From the NCBI GenBank assembly GCA_965364065.1, contig CBDTVI010000001.1:1-47018 (forward strand): a stretch of DNA of 47,018 bases, given 5' to 3'. A program made the position numbers and the translations under genes. The DNA comes from an uncultured Yoonia sp. (lineage in GTDB: Bacteria > Pseudomonadota > Alphaproteobacteria > Rhodobacterales > Rhodobacteraceae). The notes below the pieces were generated by a model that was given only the letters and a program-made list of their open reading frames with translations, made no database searches and had not been told where the DNA came from. This document shows, piece by piece, positions 10,362 through 20,508 of this stretch; the first letter of the stretch is position 1, and every line of letters starts with the position of its first letter.

Positions 10362-11060
10362 ATGTTAAACGCCCCTATGGACCCGTTGCTGGATCAGTTG
10401 TTGGATGCGGCATTGCCGCATATAGCCTTTGATGGTTGGTCGCCCACGGCTTTTGCTGCAGCTATCAAAGAGACGGGCGCAAACGCTGCCCACGCAAAGA
10501 CACTGTGCCCGCGTGGCGCAGTCGACCTGGCCATTGCGTTTCATAGACGCGGTGATGCGGCAATGGCAGCTGCCCTGAAAGCTGCGGATATGTCTGACAT
10601 GCGCTTTCGCGACAAAGTCGCCCATGCGGTCCGCCTGCGCATCTCTGCAGTTGATGACAAAGAGGCCGTGCGCCGCGGCACTGCCCTATTTGCCTTGCCA
10701 CATATGGCGCCTGATGGCGCGAAACTGATTTGGGGCACGGCTGATGTGATTTGGAATGCATTAGGTGATACGTCGCGCGATGTGAATTGGTACACAAAGC
10801 GGCTGACGCTGTCGGGAGTGTATAGTTCGGTTGTGTTGTTTTGGTTAGGTGATGACAGTCTGGATATGCAGGCCACCGATGCCTTTATCGATCGCCGCAT
10901 CGACAACGTGATGCAGTTCGAAAAATTTAAGGCGCAAGCAAAAACCAATCCATTGCTCAAGCCCTTTGCGGATACGCTTGGGCGCATGACCGCCTCTGTC
11001 AAAGCGCCGCCAAAAGTGCCAGAAGTTGATTTGCCCGGTATGTGGCGGGATCCAGATTAG
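10362..11060 (+). CDS. COQ9 family ubiquinone-biosynthesis lipid-binding protein
   Basis: HIAFDGWS and ADVIWNALGDTSRDVNWYTKRLTL motifs, typical rpsU-divergent position. AAGGAG RBS favours the ATG at 10362. Confidence 0.9.
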   Translation: MLNAPMDPLLDQLLDAALPHIAFDGWSPTAFAAAIKETGANAAHAKTLCPRGAVDLAIAFHRRGDAAMAAALKAADMSDMRFRDKVAHAVRLRISAVDDKEAVRRGTALFALPHMAPDGAKLIWGTADVIWNALGDTSRDVNWYTKRLTLSGVYSSVVLFWLGDDSLDMQATDAFIDRRIDNVMQFEKFKAQAKTNPLLKPFADTLGRMTASVKAPPKVPEVDLPGMWRDPD

Positions 11061-11068
11061 AGGCGCAG

Positions 11069-12043
11069 ATGATGCAGGCAATTGAAATTACAAAACCTGG
11101 CGGGCCGGAAGTGCTGCAGTTGACCAAGCGTCCGGTGCCTATCCCTGCAAACGATCAAGTAGTTATCAAGGTCGCATATGCCGGTGTGAACCGGCCAGAC
11201 GCGCTGCAACGTGCGGGACTTTACAATCCGCCCAAAGGTGCCAGCGATTTGCCGGGCCTAGAGGCTTCGGGCGAAGTGGTGGCCTGCGGCGCGGGCGTCT
11301 TTTCATATAAGGTTGGAGATCAGGTCTGCGCCTTGTTACCCGGAGGAGGCTATGCGGAATATGTGGCCACACCAGCAGCGCATTGCTTGCCAATTCCCCG
11401 CGGGCTCGACCTGAAACAAGCAGCGTGCCTACCCGAGACGTTTTTTACCGTGTGGTCCAACGTGTTCATGCGGGGCGGGCTGCAAGCGGGCCAGCGGTTC
11501 TTGGTGCACGGTGGCAGTTCGGGTATCGGCACAACGGCGATCCAACTGGCCAAAGCATTCGGCGCACGGGTCTTTACAACGGCTGGGTCAGCGGAAAAAT
11601 GTGCCGCTTGCTTGGCGCTTGGGGCTGAAGCGGCGTACAACTATCGCGAAGACGATTTTGTCGAAAAAATGCAAGCACTTGGAGGCGCTGATCTGATCCT
11701 TGATATGGTCGGTGGCCCGTATATCCAGCGCAATCTGAAATCACTGGCCGATGATGGAACCTTGGTGCAAATCGCATTTCTGCAAGGACCAAAGGCGGAT
11801 TTGAACCTTGTCCAGTTGATGACACGCCGACTGACAGTGACTGGATCAACTTTGCGACCGCAGTCTGATCTAGCCAAAGCGCGCATTGCAGAGCATTTGC
11901 GCGAAAAGGTTTGGCCACTGATTTCTTCGGGCAAGATAGCCCCTGTGATGGATCAGGAATTTGCCCTTGCCGACGCCGCAGCCGCCCATGCACGGATGGA
12001 AAGCAGTGCGCACATCGGCAAGATTGTTTTGAAGGTCAGCTAG
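11069..12043 (+). CDS. NAD(P)H-quinone oxidoreductase (PIG3/zeta-crystallin MDR family)
   Basis: GVNRPDALQRAG, PETFFTVWSN, HGGSSGIG, GSTLRPQ and HIGKIVL motifs. Confidence 0.92.
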   Translation: MMQAIEITKPGGPEVLQLTKRPVPIPANDQVVIKVAYAGVNRPDALQRAGLYNPPKGASDLPGLEASGEVVACGAGVFSYKVGDQVCALLPGGGYAEYVATPAAHCLPIPRGLDLKQAACLPETFFTVWSNVFMRGGLQAGQRFLVHGGSSGIGTTAIQLAKAFGARVFTTAGSAEKCAACLALGAEAAYNYREDDFVEKMQALGGADLILDMVGGPYIQRNLKSLADDGTLVQIAFLQGPKADLNLVQLMTRRLTVTGSTLRPQSDLAKARIAEHLREKVWPLISSGKIAPVMDQEFALADAAAAHARMESSAHIGKIVLKVS

Positions 12044-12747
12044 GTCCGCGACTTTTCGAATGTGGCCCAAGCCTCAAGCAGCTTGTCTAAGTCAAAATCT
12101 GGTGCGCGCGCGGGTCCAAGGATGATTTGTTCGCCAGCGAACATCTTTTCAATCGCTTCTTTCAGATGCGGGATGACCTCTGGCGGGATCACTAGCCCGC
12201 CGTGGCGGTCAGCGTGTACTAAGTCGCCTTGGTTTACAGTCACGCCCATGACGTTCACTTGCGTGCCAAGTTCGCGCACATGAACGAATGCATGGCTGGG
12301 TCCGATTGATCCGGCGACGACTGGAAAGCCCTCGGCCAGATCGCCCAGATCACGCATCACCCCATTGGTGAGTGCACCGTTCAAGCCAAGGCCTTTGTGC
12401 ACGTTGGTGTGAACTTCGCCCCACCACGCGCTGACACAATGTGGATAATCGACGTCTTCGAGCACGGCGATGGCGGGTCTTGGGCCGCCTGCCATGTTGC
12501 GGAAATAATCCAAGCGAAGCGCGCGGATGACGTCTGGGGCTTCGGTGGGGGCCTCGCGGCCAGCAATTTTGGCAGTGCGCGCGAAACCAACCATGGATTG
12601 CCCAGGGGCGGAGCATTGCATCGTACCTTTGGTGAAGGCGTCAAATCCGCGTTTGCCTTGGGCCACTTCGATGGCATTGCATACGGTGGGAGTATCGACC
12701 TTTTGCAGCAGGTCTAGAAGGTCAGCGGGGATTACTGGTTCAGCCAT
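12040..12747 (-). CDS. RraA/HMG-aldolase-like family protein
   Basis: DTPTVCNAIE, MVGFART, AWWGE, GVMRD and GDLVHADRHG motifs. Confidence 0.8.
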   Translation of the reverse strand: MAEPVIPADLLDLLQKVDTPTVCNAIEVAQGKRGFDAFTKGTMQCSAPGQSMVGFARTAKIAGREAPTEAPDVIRALRLDYFRNMAGGPRPAIAVLEDVDYPHCVSAWWGEVHTNVHKGLGLNGALTNGVMRDLGDLAEGFPVVAGSIGPSHAFVHVRELGTQVNVMGVTVNQGDLVHADRHGGLVIPPEVIPHLKEAIEKMFAGEQIILGPARAPDFDLDKLLEAWATFEKSRT

Positions 12748-13427
12748 TTTGCCAATGCCTCATTTGTTGGATCGGGTTGTTCTAGTGTAGGTAAGTGTCC
12801 GGCATTTTGGATGACACGCAGCGTAGAATGCGGGATCAGCCCATGCATCAGTTCATGCCGATGGGGCGGGCAAAGACTGTCTTCTTCACCGCATAGGATC
12901 AGGGTGGGGACCTTCACGCCGCGCAACGTGTCTTGCTGGTCGGGGCGGGTTTGCAAAGCGCGCGATTGACGCACAAAGACATCAGGCCCCAGCGTATCAG
13001 CCATCGCCATACACAGATCGAGGATTTGCCCCATATTGGGTCCATCGGTCAGGTAGTTCGGCTTCATTTCATCGCGCATCACGGACCTAAGTTGACCCGC
13101 GAGGACCTTCGCGATTTGCGGTTCGCGGTATTGGGCGACCGCGTCATTTTCGGCTTTTGGGTTCGTGTCTAGCAGGGCAAGGCGGGTGATGCGTGCGGGC
13201 GCTTGGCGAAACACTTCCATCGCTACGATACCGCCCATGGAGAGGCCCGCGAGGGCGAATGTAGGCGGTGCGGTGCTCAGAATGTCGGATGCCAATGCGG
13301 CGACCGTGTCGTGATCCCCCAAAGGGGCGACCATCACCGCGCGCTCGTGTGAAAATGCGTTGATTTGCGGGCCGAATAACCGCGCATCACACATCATCCC
13401 GGGCAAAAGAACGAGGGGGTCATTCAT
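12732..13427 (-). CDS. Alpha/beta fold hydrolase
   Basis: LLPGMMCD, nucleophile elbow GLSMGG, GEEDSL acid residue and AGHLPTLE histidine. Confidence 0.9.
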   Translation of the reverse strand: MNDPLVLLPGMMCDARLFGPQINAFSHERAVMVAPLGDHDTVAALASDILSTAPPTFALAGLSMGGIVAMEVFRQAPARITRLALLDTNPKAENDAVAQYREPQIAKVLAGQLRSVMRDEMKPNYLTDGPNMGQILDLCMAMADTLGPDVFVRQSRALQTRPDQQDTLRGVKVPTLILCGEEDSLCPPHRHELMHGLIPHSTLRVIQNAGHLPTLEQPDPTNEALAKWLNQ

Positions 13428-13876
13428 GGCTTGAACGGCTCCATACCTGCGCGCGCGAGTTCATCGGCTTTTTCATTTTCAGGGTGTCCGGCGTGGCCTT
13501 TGACCCATTCCCACGTGACAGTGTGTCGTGCGGTTGCGGCCTCTAACCTGCGCCAGAGGTCTTCGTTTTTGACGGGCTTTTTCGCGGCTGTTTTCCAGCC
13601 GCGCGCTTTCCAACCGTGGATCCATTTTGTGATACCGTCTTTGACATAAACACTGTCGGTAATGATGGTCAGGTCGGTCGCGCGCTCAAGCGTTTCTAAG
13701 GCTGTAATCGCGGCAAGCAATTCCATCCGGTTGTTGGTCGTATCAGCCGCCCCGCCGCACAACTCGCGGGTTTTCAACACAGCGTCACCGTCGCGCGCGA
13801 TCAATAGCGCGCCCCAGCCGCCCGGACCTGGATTGCCCGAACAGGCCCCGTCTGTGTAGGCAATTAATTTAGGCAT
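13424..13876 (-). CDS. rnhA: Ribonuclease HI
   Basis: [30 protein letters not shown] and [18 protein letters not shown]. Confidence 0.98.
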   Translation of the reverse strand: MPKLIAYTDGACSGNPGPGGWGALLIARDGDAVLKTRELCGGAADTTNNRMELLAAITALETLERATDLTIITDSVYVKDGITKWIHGWKARGWKTAAKKPVKNEDLWRRLEAATARHTVTWEWVKGHAGHPENEKADELARAGMEPFKP

Positions 13877-14465
13877 TCTTGCGTCCCCGCATGATGACGA
13901 AAGGGTCGATAGTTCCGGCCATGCCGCGCTCTGCCCCTTCTTTGATAAAGTTCACTTCAAAGCCTGCATTTTCGAATAAGCCCTGCAGTTCGGGGACCGT
14001 GACAAAGGTATAAAACCGGTCCATCGCGTCGCGTTTTGTGCCGTCGCCGGTTTTCATTCCTACGTGGATGATGCCGTCGGGCTTGGTCGCAGTCGCGAGC
14101 GCGTTGAAATAGCGTGGCAGGTCCGAGCGAGCGGCGTGCAGCAAGCTAAAATTGGCCCAGACGCCGTCATAAACAGCGGTGCCGCTGATATCGTCAAAGG
14201 TCCCAAGGCGCACTGGCAAGCCATAACGTTCGCGGGCAAGCGCGATCATTCCCTCCGAGGCATCCATTGGGTCTGGGTCCATTCCTGCGCTGCGCATATG
14301 TGCTGATGCAGTTCCGGGGCCGCAGCCAAGGTCCAAAACGCGCGCAGCTTTTGGCAACAAATCCATAAAGGCTTGGAGTGTTTTATCAGGCGCGTCAGAC
14401 GTGAAACCCGCCGCATAGTCAGCGGCCTTGCTGTCATAGGTGGCTATCGTCTTTGCATCGGCCAT
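13869..14465 (-). CDS. Class I SAM-dependent methyltransferase
   Basis: VLDLGCGPG motif I and [12 protein letters not shown]. Start MADAK at 14465 is coupled to the upstream stop (TGATG). Confidence 0.88.
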   Translation of the reverse strand: MADAKTIATYDSKAADYAAGFTSDAPDKTLQAFMDLLPKAARVLDLGCGPGTASAHMRSAGMDPDPMDASEGMIALARERYGLPVRLGTFDDISGTAVYDGVWANFSLLHAARSDLPRYFNALATATKPDGIIHVGMKTGDGTKRDAMDRFYTFVTVPELQGLFENAGFEVNFIKEGAERGMAGTIDPFVIMRGRKNA

Positions 14466-14914
14466 CAGATCACCAAGGGTAGCAAGGTCAAGATCACGAT
14501 GACAGTTAGCAACCCACGCAAGTGCATCCACCATGGCGGCGCCAATCCCAGCCGCCAGAAATGCCAATCAAGCAGCAGCAGCCCTAAGAACCCGACGATC
14601 AAGTTCACGGCGGCTGCAGTCGGACCGCCACCTGTCATGAAGAACGCCCAAAGTGCCGGAATGACCGAAAGTATATAGCTTGCGGTTGCTATTTGGCCGG
14701 TTGCTTTGGTCGCAAACCCCCACAACACGCCAGACATGAACGACAGGATGATTGCGCCGTAAAATAGCTGCACAAATGGCCCGATGAACCGGCCGCCCAA
14801 TGCGGATTGTCCCCAAAATGCAAGTGACGGGACCATTACTGTGATTGCCCCCCAAATGAACGGAATCAAACCTGCGAGGCCTAAAAGTAGTGCGGATCTT
14901 GGGATTTGGGTCAT
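14465..14914 (-). CDS. DUF3429 family membrane protein
   Basis: LGLAGLIPF, YGAIILSFMSGVLWG and PPWWMHLR; several TM helices. Confidence 0.85.
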   Translation of the reverse strand: MTQIPRSALLLGLAGLIPFIWGAITVMVPSLAFWGQSALGGRFIGPFVQLFYGAIILSFMSGVLWGFATKATGQIATASYILSVIPALWAFFMTGGGPTAAAVNLIVGFLGLLLLDWHFWRLGLAPPWWMHLRGLLTVIVILTLLPLVI

Positions 14915-15525
14915 GTTTTTTCGAACGCTAGTCTAAGGCCGAGTGCCGCAAAAATACCTGCGAATGATCTGTTCAACCAAAGCATCACGGTTTTGCTTTG
15001 CAGTAACCATGTGCGCGCGAAGGCTGCGAAAACGCCGTAAAGGACGAAAATTACGAAGGTCAGTGCCATGAAGATGCCGCCAAGTAGAGCCATCTCGCTT
15101 GTGGCGGTGGCTGGATTGCCGCTTAGGAAGGGTGGCAGCAACGCCAGAAAAAAGATCGAAAGTTTCGGGTTCAGGATGTTTATCAAGGCACCACGCCGTG
15201 CAATTTTGAGGGCGGGTTGCGGCTTTGCGTCGGGGCGAATTGACAGCGCGCCGTCAGATTGGAGTGCTTGCCACGCTAGAGACAAAAGATAAGCGACACC
15301 TGCGAATTTCACGACTTGGAACAACACAGCACTGGTGTGCAGCAATGCCGCCAGTCCGAGTGTTGCCGCAGCCAAATGCGGTACAATACCGATGGTACAG
15401 CCTGCCGCCGCGGCGATTGCCGCCCGACGTCCTTGGCCCAATCCAAGGGCTAGCGTGTAAATCACGCCTGTGCCGGGGGCGACACAGACGACAATCGCTG
15501 TGATTAAGAATTGCAGGCTGATCAT
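14911..15525 (-). CDS. LysE/RhtB family translocator
   Basis: APGTG, GVAYLLSLAW and NILNPKLSIFFLALLPPF; hydrophobic throughout. Confidence 0.9.
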   Translation of the reverse strand: MISLQFLITAIVVCVAPGTGVIYTLALGLGQGRRAAIAAAAGCTIGIVPHLAAATLGLAALLHTSAVLFQVVKFAGVAYLLSLAWQALQSDGALSIRPDAKPQPALKIARRGALINILNPKLSIFFLALLPPFLSGNPATATSEMALLGGIFMALTFVIFVLYGVFAAFARTWLLQSKTVMLWLNRSFAGIFAALGLRLAFEKT

Positions 15526-16475
15526 TATGCGGGTTCCCGCAGGACGCGCGGCACTTTGAATTCTACGTTTTCTTCGGCGGTCACAACCATTTCCACTGTC
15601 GTTTCATAGCGGTCTTTAAAGGCGTTGATAACCTCGGCGATCAACACCTCTGGGGCGGACGCCCCTGCGGTGATCCCCATTGATGTGATTCCCTCAAGCG
15701 CGCGCCAGTCGATGTCGGTGGCCCGTTGTACAAGCTGCGCATAGTTACAGCCTGCGCGCGCGCCAACCTCGACCAACCGTTTGGAGTTAGACGAATTGGG
15801 CGCACCTACAACCAGCATCGCGTCGCATTTTGGGGCCATCGCTTTGACGGCCTCTTGGCGGTTGGTGGTGGCGTAACAGATGTCTTCTTTGTGGGGGCCG
15901 ACGATTTGGGGGAAACGGTCGAAAAGGGCGGCCACGATATCGGCAGTGTCATCGACCGACAGCGTGGTCTGTGTGACGAATGCCAATTTGGCCGGATCGC
16001 GCACATCCACTGCACCGACGTCGGCGACGGTTTCAACTAATAAAACCTCGCCTTCGGGCAATTGCCCCATCGTGCCGACAGTTTCGGGGTGGCCTTCGTG
16101 GCCGATCATAATCATTTGCAGGCCGTTATCCGAATGGCGCTGGGCTTCGATGTGGACTTTGCTGACCAGCGGGCAGGTGGCATCGACATAGATCATTTCA
16201 CGCTTGGCGGCGGCGGCAGGGACTGCTTTGGGCACGCCGTGTGCGGAAAAAATCACAGGCCGATCATCTGGGCACTCGTCAAGTTCTTCGACAAAGATAG
16301 CGCCCTGATCGCGCAGCGCATCAACTACGAATTTATTGTGCACGATTTCGTGGCGGACATAGACGGGCGCGCCCCACTTTTCCAATGCCAGCTCGACGAT
16401 CTTGATTGCGCGGTCAACGCCGGCACAAAACCCGCGAGGGGCGGCAAGATAAAGGGTAAGAGGTGGTTTTGTCAT
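15525..16475 (-). CDS. ispH: 4-hydroxy-3-methylbut-2-enyl diphosphate reductase
   Basis: [28 protein letters not shown] (three Fe-S cysteines), NSSNS and TAGASAPE. Confidence 0.98.
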   Translation of the reverse strand: MTKPPLTLYLAAPRGFCAGVDRAIKIVELALEKWGAPVYVRHEIVHNKFVVDALRDQGAIFVEELDECPDDRPVIFSAHGVPKAVPAAAAKREMIYVDATCPLVSKVHIEAQRHSDNGLQMIMIGHEGHPETVGTMGQLPEGEVLLVETVADVGAVDVRDPAKLAFVTQTTLSVDDTADIVAALFDRFPQIVGPHKEDICYATTNRQEAVKAMAPKCDAMLVVGAPNSSNSKRLVEVGARAGCNYAQLVQRATDIDWRALEGITSMGITAGASAPEVLIAEVINAFKDRYETTVEMVVTAEENVEFKVPRVLREPA

Positions 16476-16544
16476 GTCATGCTCCGGCTACCGTACCAGA
16501 GGTAAGCAATTGACGCGGGCAGGTCCAGCGTCGATGGCGTGCCG

Positions 16545-16574
16545 CGGACGAGGCACATCGCTGCACCTCGTCCG
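16545..16574. other. Stem-loop between the NYN gene and ispH
   Basis: Perfect 9-bp inverted repeat cggacgagg/cctcgtccg with a 12-nt loop. No U tract, so it is not called a terminator. Confidence 0.45.
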
Positions 16575-16584
16575 TACATGGTGA

Positions 16585-17160
16585 TTACGCGTCTTCTTGC
16601 GTTTCCTCGGAAGCGCCTTGTGCGAGCGGTTCGCGGGTTGGGCGGCCGATGACATCGCGCAGTTCATCAAGTTCGATAAAGTTGTCGACCTGGCGGCGCA
16701 ATTCATCCGCGATCATTGGTGGCTGGCTGCGAATCGTTGAAACAACAGAAACGCGCACGCCTTTGCGTTGCAGCGATTCGACCAAAGGGCGGAAATCGCC
16801 GTCGCCCGAAAAGATCACGGCGTGATCGATATGGGGCGCAAGCTCCATCGCATCGACGGCAAGTTCGATGTCCATGTTCCCTTTGACCTTTTTGCGGCCC
16901 ATGCTGTCGGTGAATTCCTTGGCCGGTTTGGTGACCATCGTGAACCCGTTGTAGTTCAGCCAATCCACAAGCGGTCGGATCGGTGAATACTCATCATTCT
17001 CAAGCAAAGCAGTGTAATAGAACGCGCGCAGCATTTTGCCGCGCCGCATAAATTCTTGCCGTAGTAATTTATAGTCGATGTCAAACCCCAAGGACTTCGC
17101 AGCCGCATACAGGTTTGATCCATCGATAAAGAGCGCCAAGCGCTCGTCTCGATAAAACAT
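16585..17160 (-). CDS. NYN domain (LabA/DUF88, PIN-like) protein
   Basis: FIDGSNLY, KGNMDIELAVD and SGDGDFRPL acidic motifs. Start MFYRDE follows a GGAAGG RBS. Confidence 0.92.
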   Translation of the reverse strand: MFYRDERLALFIDGSNLYAAAKSLGFDIDYKLLRQEFMRRGKMLRAFYYTALLENDEYSPIRPLVDWLNYNGFTMVTKPAKEFTDSMGRKKVKGNMDIELAVDAMELAPHIDHAVIFSGDGDFRPLVESLQRKGVRVSVVSTIRSQPPMIADELRRQVDNFIELDELRDVIGRPTREPLAQGASEETQEDA

Positions 17161-17246
17161 AATGTTTCCTTCCAAAAACATCTTGCGTGGTCGTCTCGTC
17201 CTGAGTGTGTTTAAATTCCGCAAGTATTCCGACTATGTAATGTGAT

Positions 17247-17846
17247 GTGGAATTGAGGCAAGTGTTGATTCTGGAAGATATAAGCCAAAAGACGCTGATT
17301 GCCCTTGGTAGCAACGAAGATTCCATCTGGGGTGACGCTAAGGCAACTGTCCAAAAGGCTATGCAGCGCGTTTCAGAATTGGCAATTTCAGCACCAATTT
17401 GCAGCCTTTTTTACACAACGCCTGCCTTTCCGGCAGGGTCTGGACCCGCTTTTGTCAACGCGGCTATGGCCTTTAACACGGAACTTGAACCGCACGATAT
17501 GCTGGCCGCATTACACCAGATTGAGGCCGCAGCAGGCCGGACCCGCACCACGCGTTGGGGGCAGCGCACACTTGATTTGGACCTGATTGCGGTGGGCGCG
17601 CAGGTACTTCCTGACGCTGAGACACTTGATGGATGGCGCAACCTGCCGCTGGACGCACAGACCAAACAAACCCCAGAGACGCTGATTTTGCCGCATCCAC
17701 GCCTGCAAGACCGCAGCTTTGTATTGGTGCCAATGGTCGATGTGGCACCCGACTGGATGCATCCGGTCTTGCGACGAACCACCCGCGAATTATGTGCGGC
17801 GTTGCCTGCGAAAGACCGCGCTAGCGTTGTTCCGATCACTGCGTAA
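17247..17846 (+). CDS. folK: 2-amino-4-hydroxy-6-hydroxymethyldihydropteridine diphosphokinase
   Basis: IALGSN, FVNAA, RWGQRTLDLDL and PHPRLQDRSFVLVP. The start codon is uncertain (GTG at 17247 or 17262). Confidence 0.93.
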   Translation: MELRQVLILEDISQKTLIALGSNEDSIWGDAKATVQKAMQRVSELAISAPICSLFYTTPAFPAGSGPAFVNAAMAFNTELEPHDMLAALHQIEAAAGRTRTTRWGQRTLDLDLIAVGAQVLPDAETLDGWRNLPLDAQTKQTPETLILPHPRLQDRSFVLVPMVDVAPDWMHPVLRRTTRELCAALPAKDRASVVPITA

Positions 17847-17888
17847 AACGCCCACTTTATTTTAGACATCTTGGCCCGTCTCAGCCCC

Positions 17889-17917
17889 TTGTCAATTCTG
17901 TATGAAGCCTCTAAATA
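17889..17917 (+). promoter_or_regulatory. Putative sigma70 promoter of the rpoZ operon
   Basis: TTGTCA-N17-TAAATA about 40 nt upstream of the rpoZ ATG. Confidence 0.55.
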
Positions 17918-17957
17918 GGCGTCTTCCGAAGTCCCTCTTGACCCACTGGAGTACGTC

Positions 17958-18311
17958 ATGGCCCGCGTCACCGTTGAAGATTGCGTCGATAAAGTTCCTA
18001 ACCGTTTCGAACTGGTGATGCTTGCAGCACACCGTGCGCGCGAGATATCCGCAGGCTCGGCTGTTACAGTGTCGCGTGACAACGACAAGAACCCTGTTGT
18101 GTCGCTGCGCGAAATCGCTGACGAAACACAGCTTGCCGATGACCTGCGCGAGCGTATGATCGAAGCGAACCAGACACAGATCGAAGTTGACGAGCCGGAA
18201 GAAGACAGCATGTCCCTGCTTATGGGCGCTGAGCCTGACAAGCCTGCCGACGACGATATGTCAGAAGAGAAATTGCTGCGCGCATTGATGGATGCACAAG
18301 GGCAGCGCTAG
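17958..18311 (+). CDS. rpoZ: RNA polymerase omega subunit
   Basis: [28 protein letters not shown]...[12 protein letters not shown]. Confidence 0.98.
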   Translation: MARVTVEDCVDKVPNRFELVMLAAHRAREISAGSAVTVSRDNDKNPVVSLREIADETQLADDLRERMIEANQTQIEVDEPEEDSMSLLMGAEPDKPADDDMSEEKLLRALMDAQGQR

Positions 18312-18351
18312 GGTCGGATTTCCGCCCTTCAACCGATAGGCGCAGGACCAG

Positions 18352-20502
18352 ATGACGACAGCAGACGATCTGATCGCACTGGTCCGCACCTATAACCCCA
18401 ATTCCAATCAGGCGCTTTTGCGCGATGCTTACGCTTTTGGCGCTGAAATGCACGAAGGCCAGTTTCGCCATTCCGGCGAGCCTTATTTCACGCATCCTGT
18501 CGCTGTTGCCAGTATTTTGGCTGACCAGCAGATGGATGACGCCACAATTGTCACGGCCCTGCTGCATGACACGATCGAGGACACCAAGGCCTCGTATGCG
18601 GTTGTTGAAAAGCGCTTCACTCACGAAATCGCAGAGCTTGTAGATGGTGTGACAAAGCTGACGAACCTGCAGCTGAATTCATCGCAAACCAAACAGGCCG
18701 AAAACTTTCGCAAGCTTTTCATGGCAACCTCGCGGGATTTGCGGGTGACGCTGGTTAAATTGGCGGACCGCTTGCACAACATGCGCACGATCAAGTCGAT
18801 GCGTCCTGACAAGCAGGCCCAAAAGGCCCATGAAACAATGGAGATATTCGCCCCATTGGCAGGCCGCATGGGTATGCAGTGGATGCGCGAAGAGCTTGAG
18901 GATTTGTCTTTCCGCGTTCTCAATCCCGAGGGCCGCAATTCGATCATTCGCCGTTTCATCACGTTGCAGCGCGAAACCGGTGATGTGCTGCAAAAGATCA
19001 CCGCTGACATGCGCGTTGAGATGGAAAAAGCCAGCATTAACGCCGAAGTGATGGGGCGCGCCAAAAAGCCGTTTTCGATCTGGCGCAAGATGCAGGAAAA
19101 GGAACAAGGCTTTAGCCGCCTGTCCGACATCTATGGCTTTCGCATTGTCGTCGCGACCGAAGCGGACTGCTACCGCGTTCTTGGTGCTATCCACCAACGC
19201 TGGCGGGCGGTGCCCGGGCGGTTCAAGGACTACATCAGCCAGCCGAAATCGAACGGTTACCGCTCTATTCACACGACTGTGTCGGGACGTGATGGCAAAC
19301 GGGTTGAGGTGCAAATTCGCACGCGTGAAATGCACGAAGTCGCCGAAACAGGTGTGGCTGCACATTGGTCCTATAAGAATGGCGAGCGCGTTGAAAACCG
19401 CTTTGCTGTTGATCCGGTGCATTGGATTGCGTCACTGACCGAACGGCTGGACGAAGAGCAAAATCACGATGAATTTCTCGAGGCGGTCAAGCTTGAGATG
19501 TATCAAGACCAAGTGTTCTGCTTCACGCCCAAGGGTGAGGTAATAAAACTGCCGCGCGGTGCGACGCCGATTGATTTCGCTTTTTCCATTCACACGCGGA
19601 TTGGATCGGCTTGCGTCGGGGCAAAGGTTGACGGGCTGCGTGTGCCGTTATGGACACGCCTGAAGAACGGTCAGTCCGTCGAGGTGATTACCGCCGAGGG
19701 GCAAACGCCGCAGGCGACTTGGATCGATATCGCCGTTACAGGACGCGCAAAAACGGCTATCCGGCGGTCTTTGCGCGAAGTAGACCGTGAAAGGTTCGTG
19801 CGTTTGGGCCGTGAATTGGCCCGTGTCGCCTTTGAAAATGTCGGCAAGAAATCGACCGACAAGGCGTTGCGCACTGCCGCCAAGGCCTTGGCCATTGATG
19901 GTGTTGACGAATTATTGGCCCGTTTGGGCAGCGCTGAAATCACCGGCCGTACTGTCGTCAGCGCGATCTATCCAGAGCTAGAACTCCAAGACGGGGATGA
20001 GATCGAACAGGCCCGCGCTGTTGTCGGTCTTAATCCCGAACAGGTGCAGCAACGCGGCGCTTGCTGCCAGCCTGTGCCGGGCGAGCGTATTGTGGGCATC
20101 ACTTTTCGCGGCCACGGTGTGGTGGTTCACGCCATCGATTGCGACGCTTTGGCCGATTACGAAGAACAGCCAGAGCGTTGGATTGACCTTCAATGGCAAG
20201 AGGGCAACCACAGTCCCGTGAACACAGTCACTTTTGATGCCACTATTGCCAATGATACTGGCGTACTGGGACGAATTTGCACATTGATAGGTGAACAGAA
20301 CGCCAATATCTCTGATCTGGAATTTATTGATCGCAAACCTGATTACTTCAGACTGATGATACATGTGGATTTGCGTGACGCGGAACATTTGCACCGCGTC
20401 CAAACCGCACTTGAGGCTGAAAGCAACGTGTCGTCGATCACAAGACACAGAGATCCCGGACTTGCTGTTCTGGGCGCGGGCACACCCCGCAGGGAAGGAT
20501 GA
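18352..20502 (+). CDS. spoT: Bifunctional (p)ppGpp synthetase/hydrolase (RSH)
   Basis: HD domain LLHDTIED, synthetase FKDYISQPKSNGYRSIHT and EVQIRT, TGS domain (GATPIDFAF), CCQPVPGE and C-terminal ACT domain. Confidence 0.97.
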   Translation: MTTADDLIALVRTYNPNSNQALLRDAYAFGAEMHEGQFRHSGEPYFTHPVAVASILADQQMDDATIVTALLHDTIEDTKASYAVVEKRFTHEIAELVDGVTKLTNLQLNSSQTKQAENFRKLFMATSRDLRVTLVKLADRLHNMRTIKSMRPDKQAQKAHETMEIFAPLAGRMGMQWMREELEDLSFRVLNPEGRNSIIRRFITLQRETGDVLQKITADMRVEMEKASINAEVMGRAKKPFSIWRKMQEKEQGFSRLSDIYGFRIVVATEADCYRVLGAIHQRWRAVPGRFKDYISQPKSNGYRSIHTTVSGRDGKRVEVQIRTREMHEVAETGVAAHWSYKNGERVENRFAVDPVHWIASLTERLDEEQNHDEFLEAVKLEMYQDQVFCFTPKGEVIKLPRGATPIDFAFSIHTRIGSACVGAKVDGLRVPLWTRLKNGQSVEVITAEGQTPQATWIDIAVTGRAKTAIRRSLREVDRERFVRLGRELARVAFENVGKKSTDKALRTAAKALAIDGVDELLARLGSAEITGRTVVSAIYPELELQDGDEIEQARAVVGLNPEQVQQRGACCQPVPGERIVGITFRGHGVVVHAIDCDALADYEEQPERWIDLQWQEGNHSPVNTVTFDATIANDTGVLGRICTLIGEQNANISDLEFIDRKPDYFRLMIHVDLRDAEHLHRVQTALEAESNVSSITRHRDPGLAVLGAGTPRREG

Positions 20503-20508
20503 CAACCG

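Noticed and set aside
17411..18241. 276-aa minus-strand ORF across folK-rpoZ
   Set aside because: Ser/Arg-rich antisense shadow of well-supported genes with no family motif.
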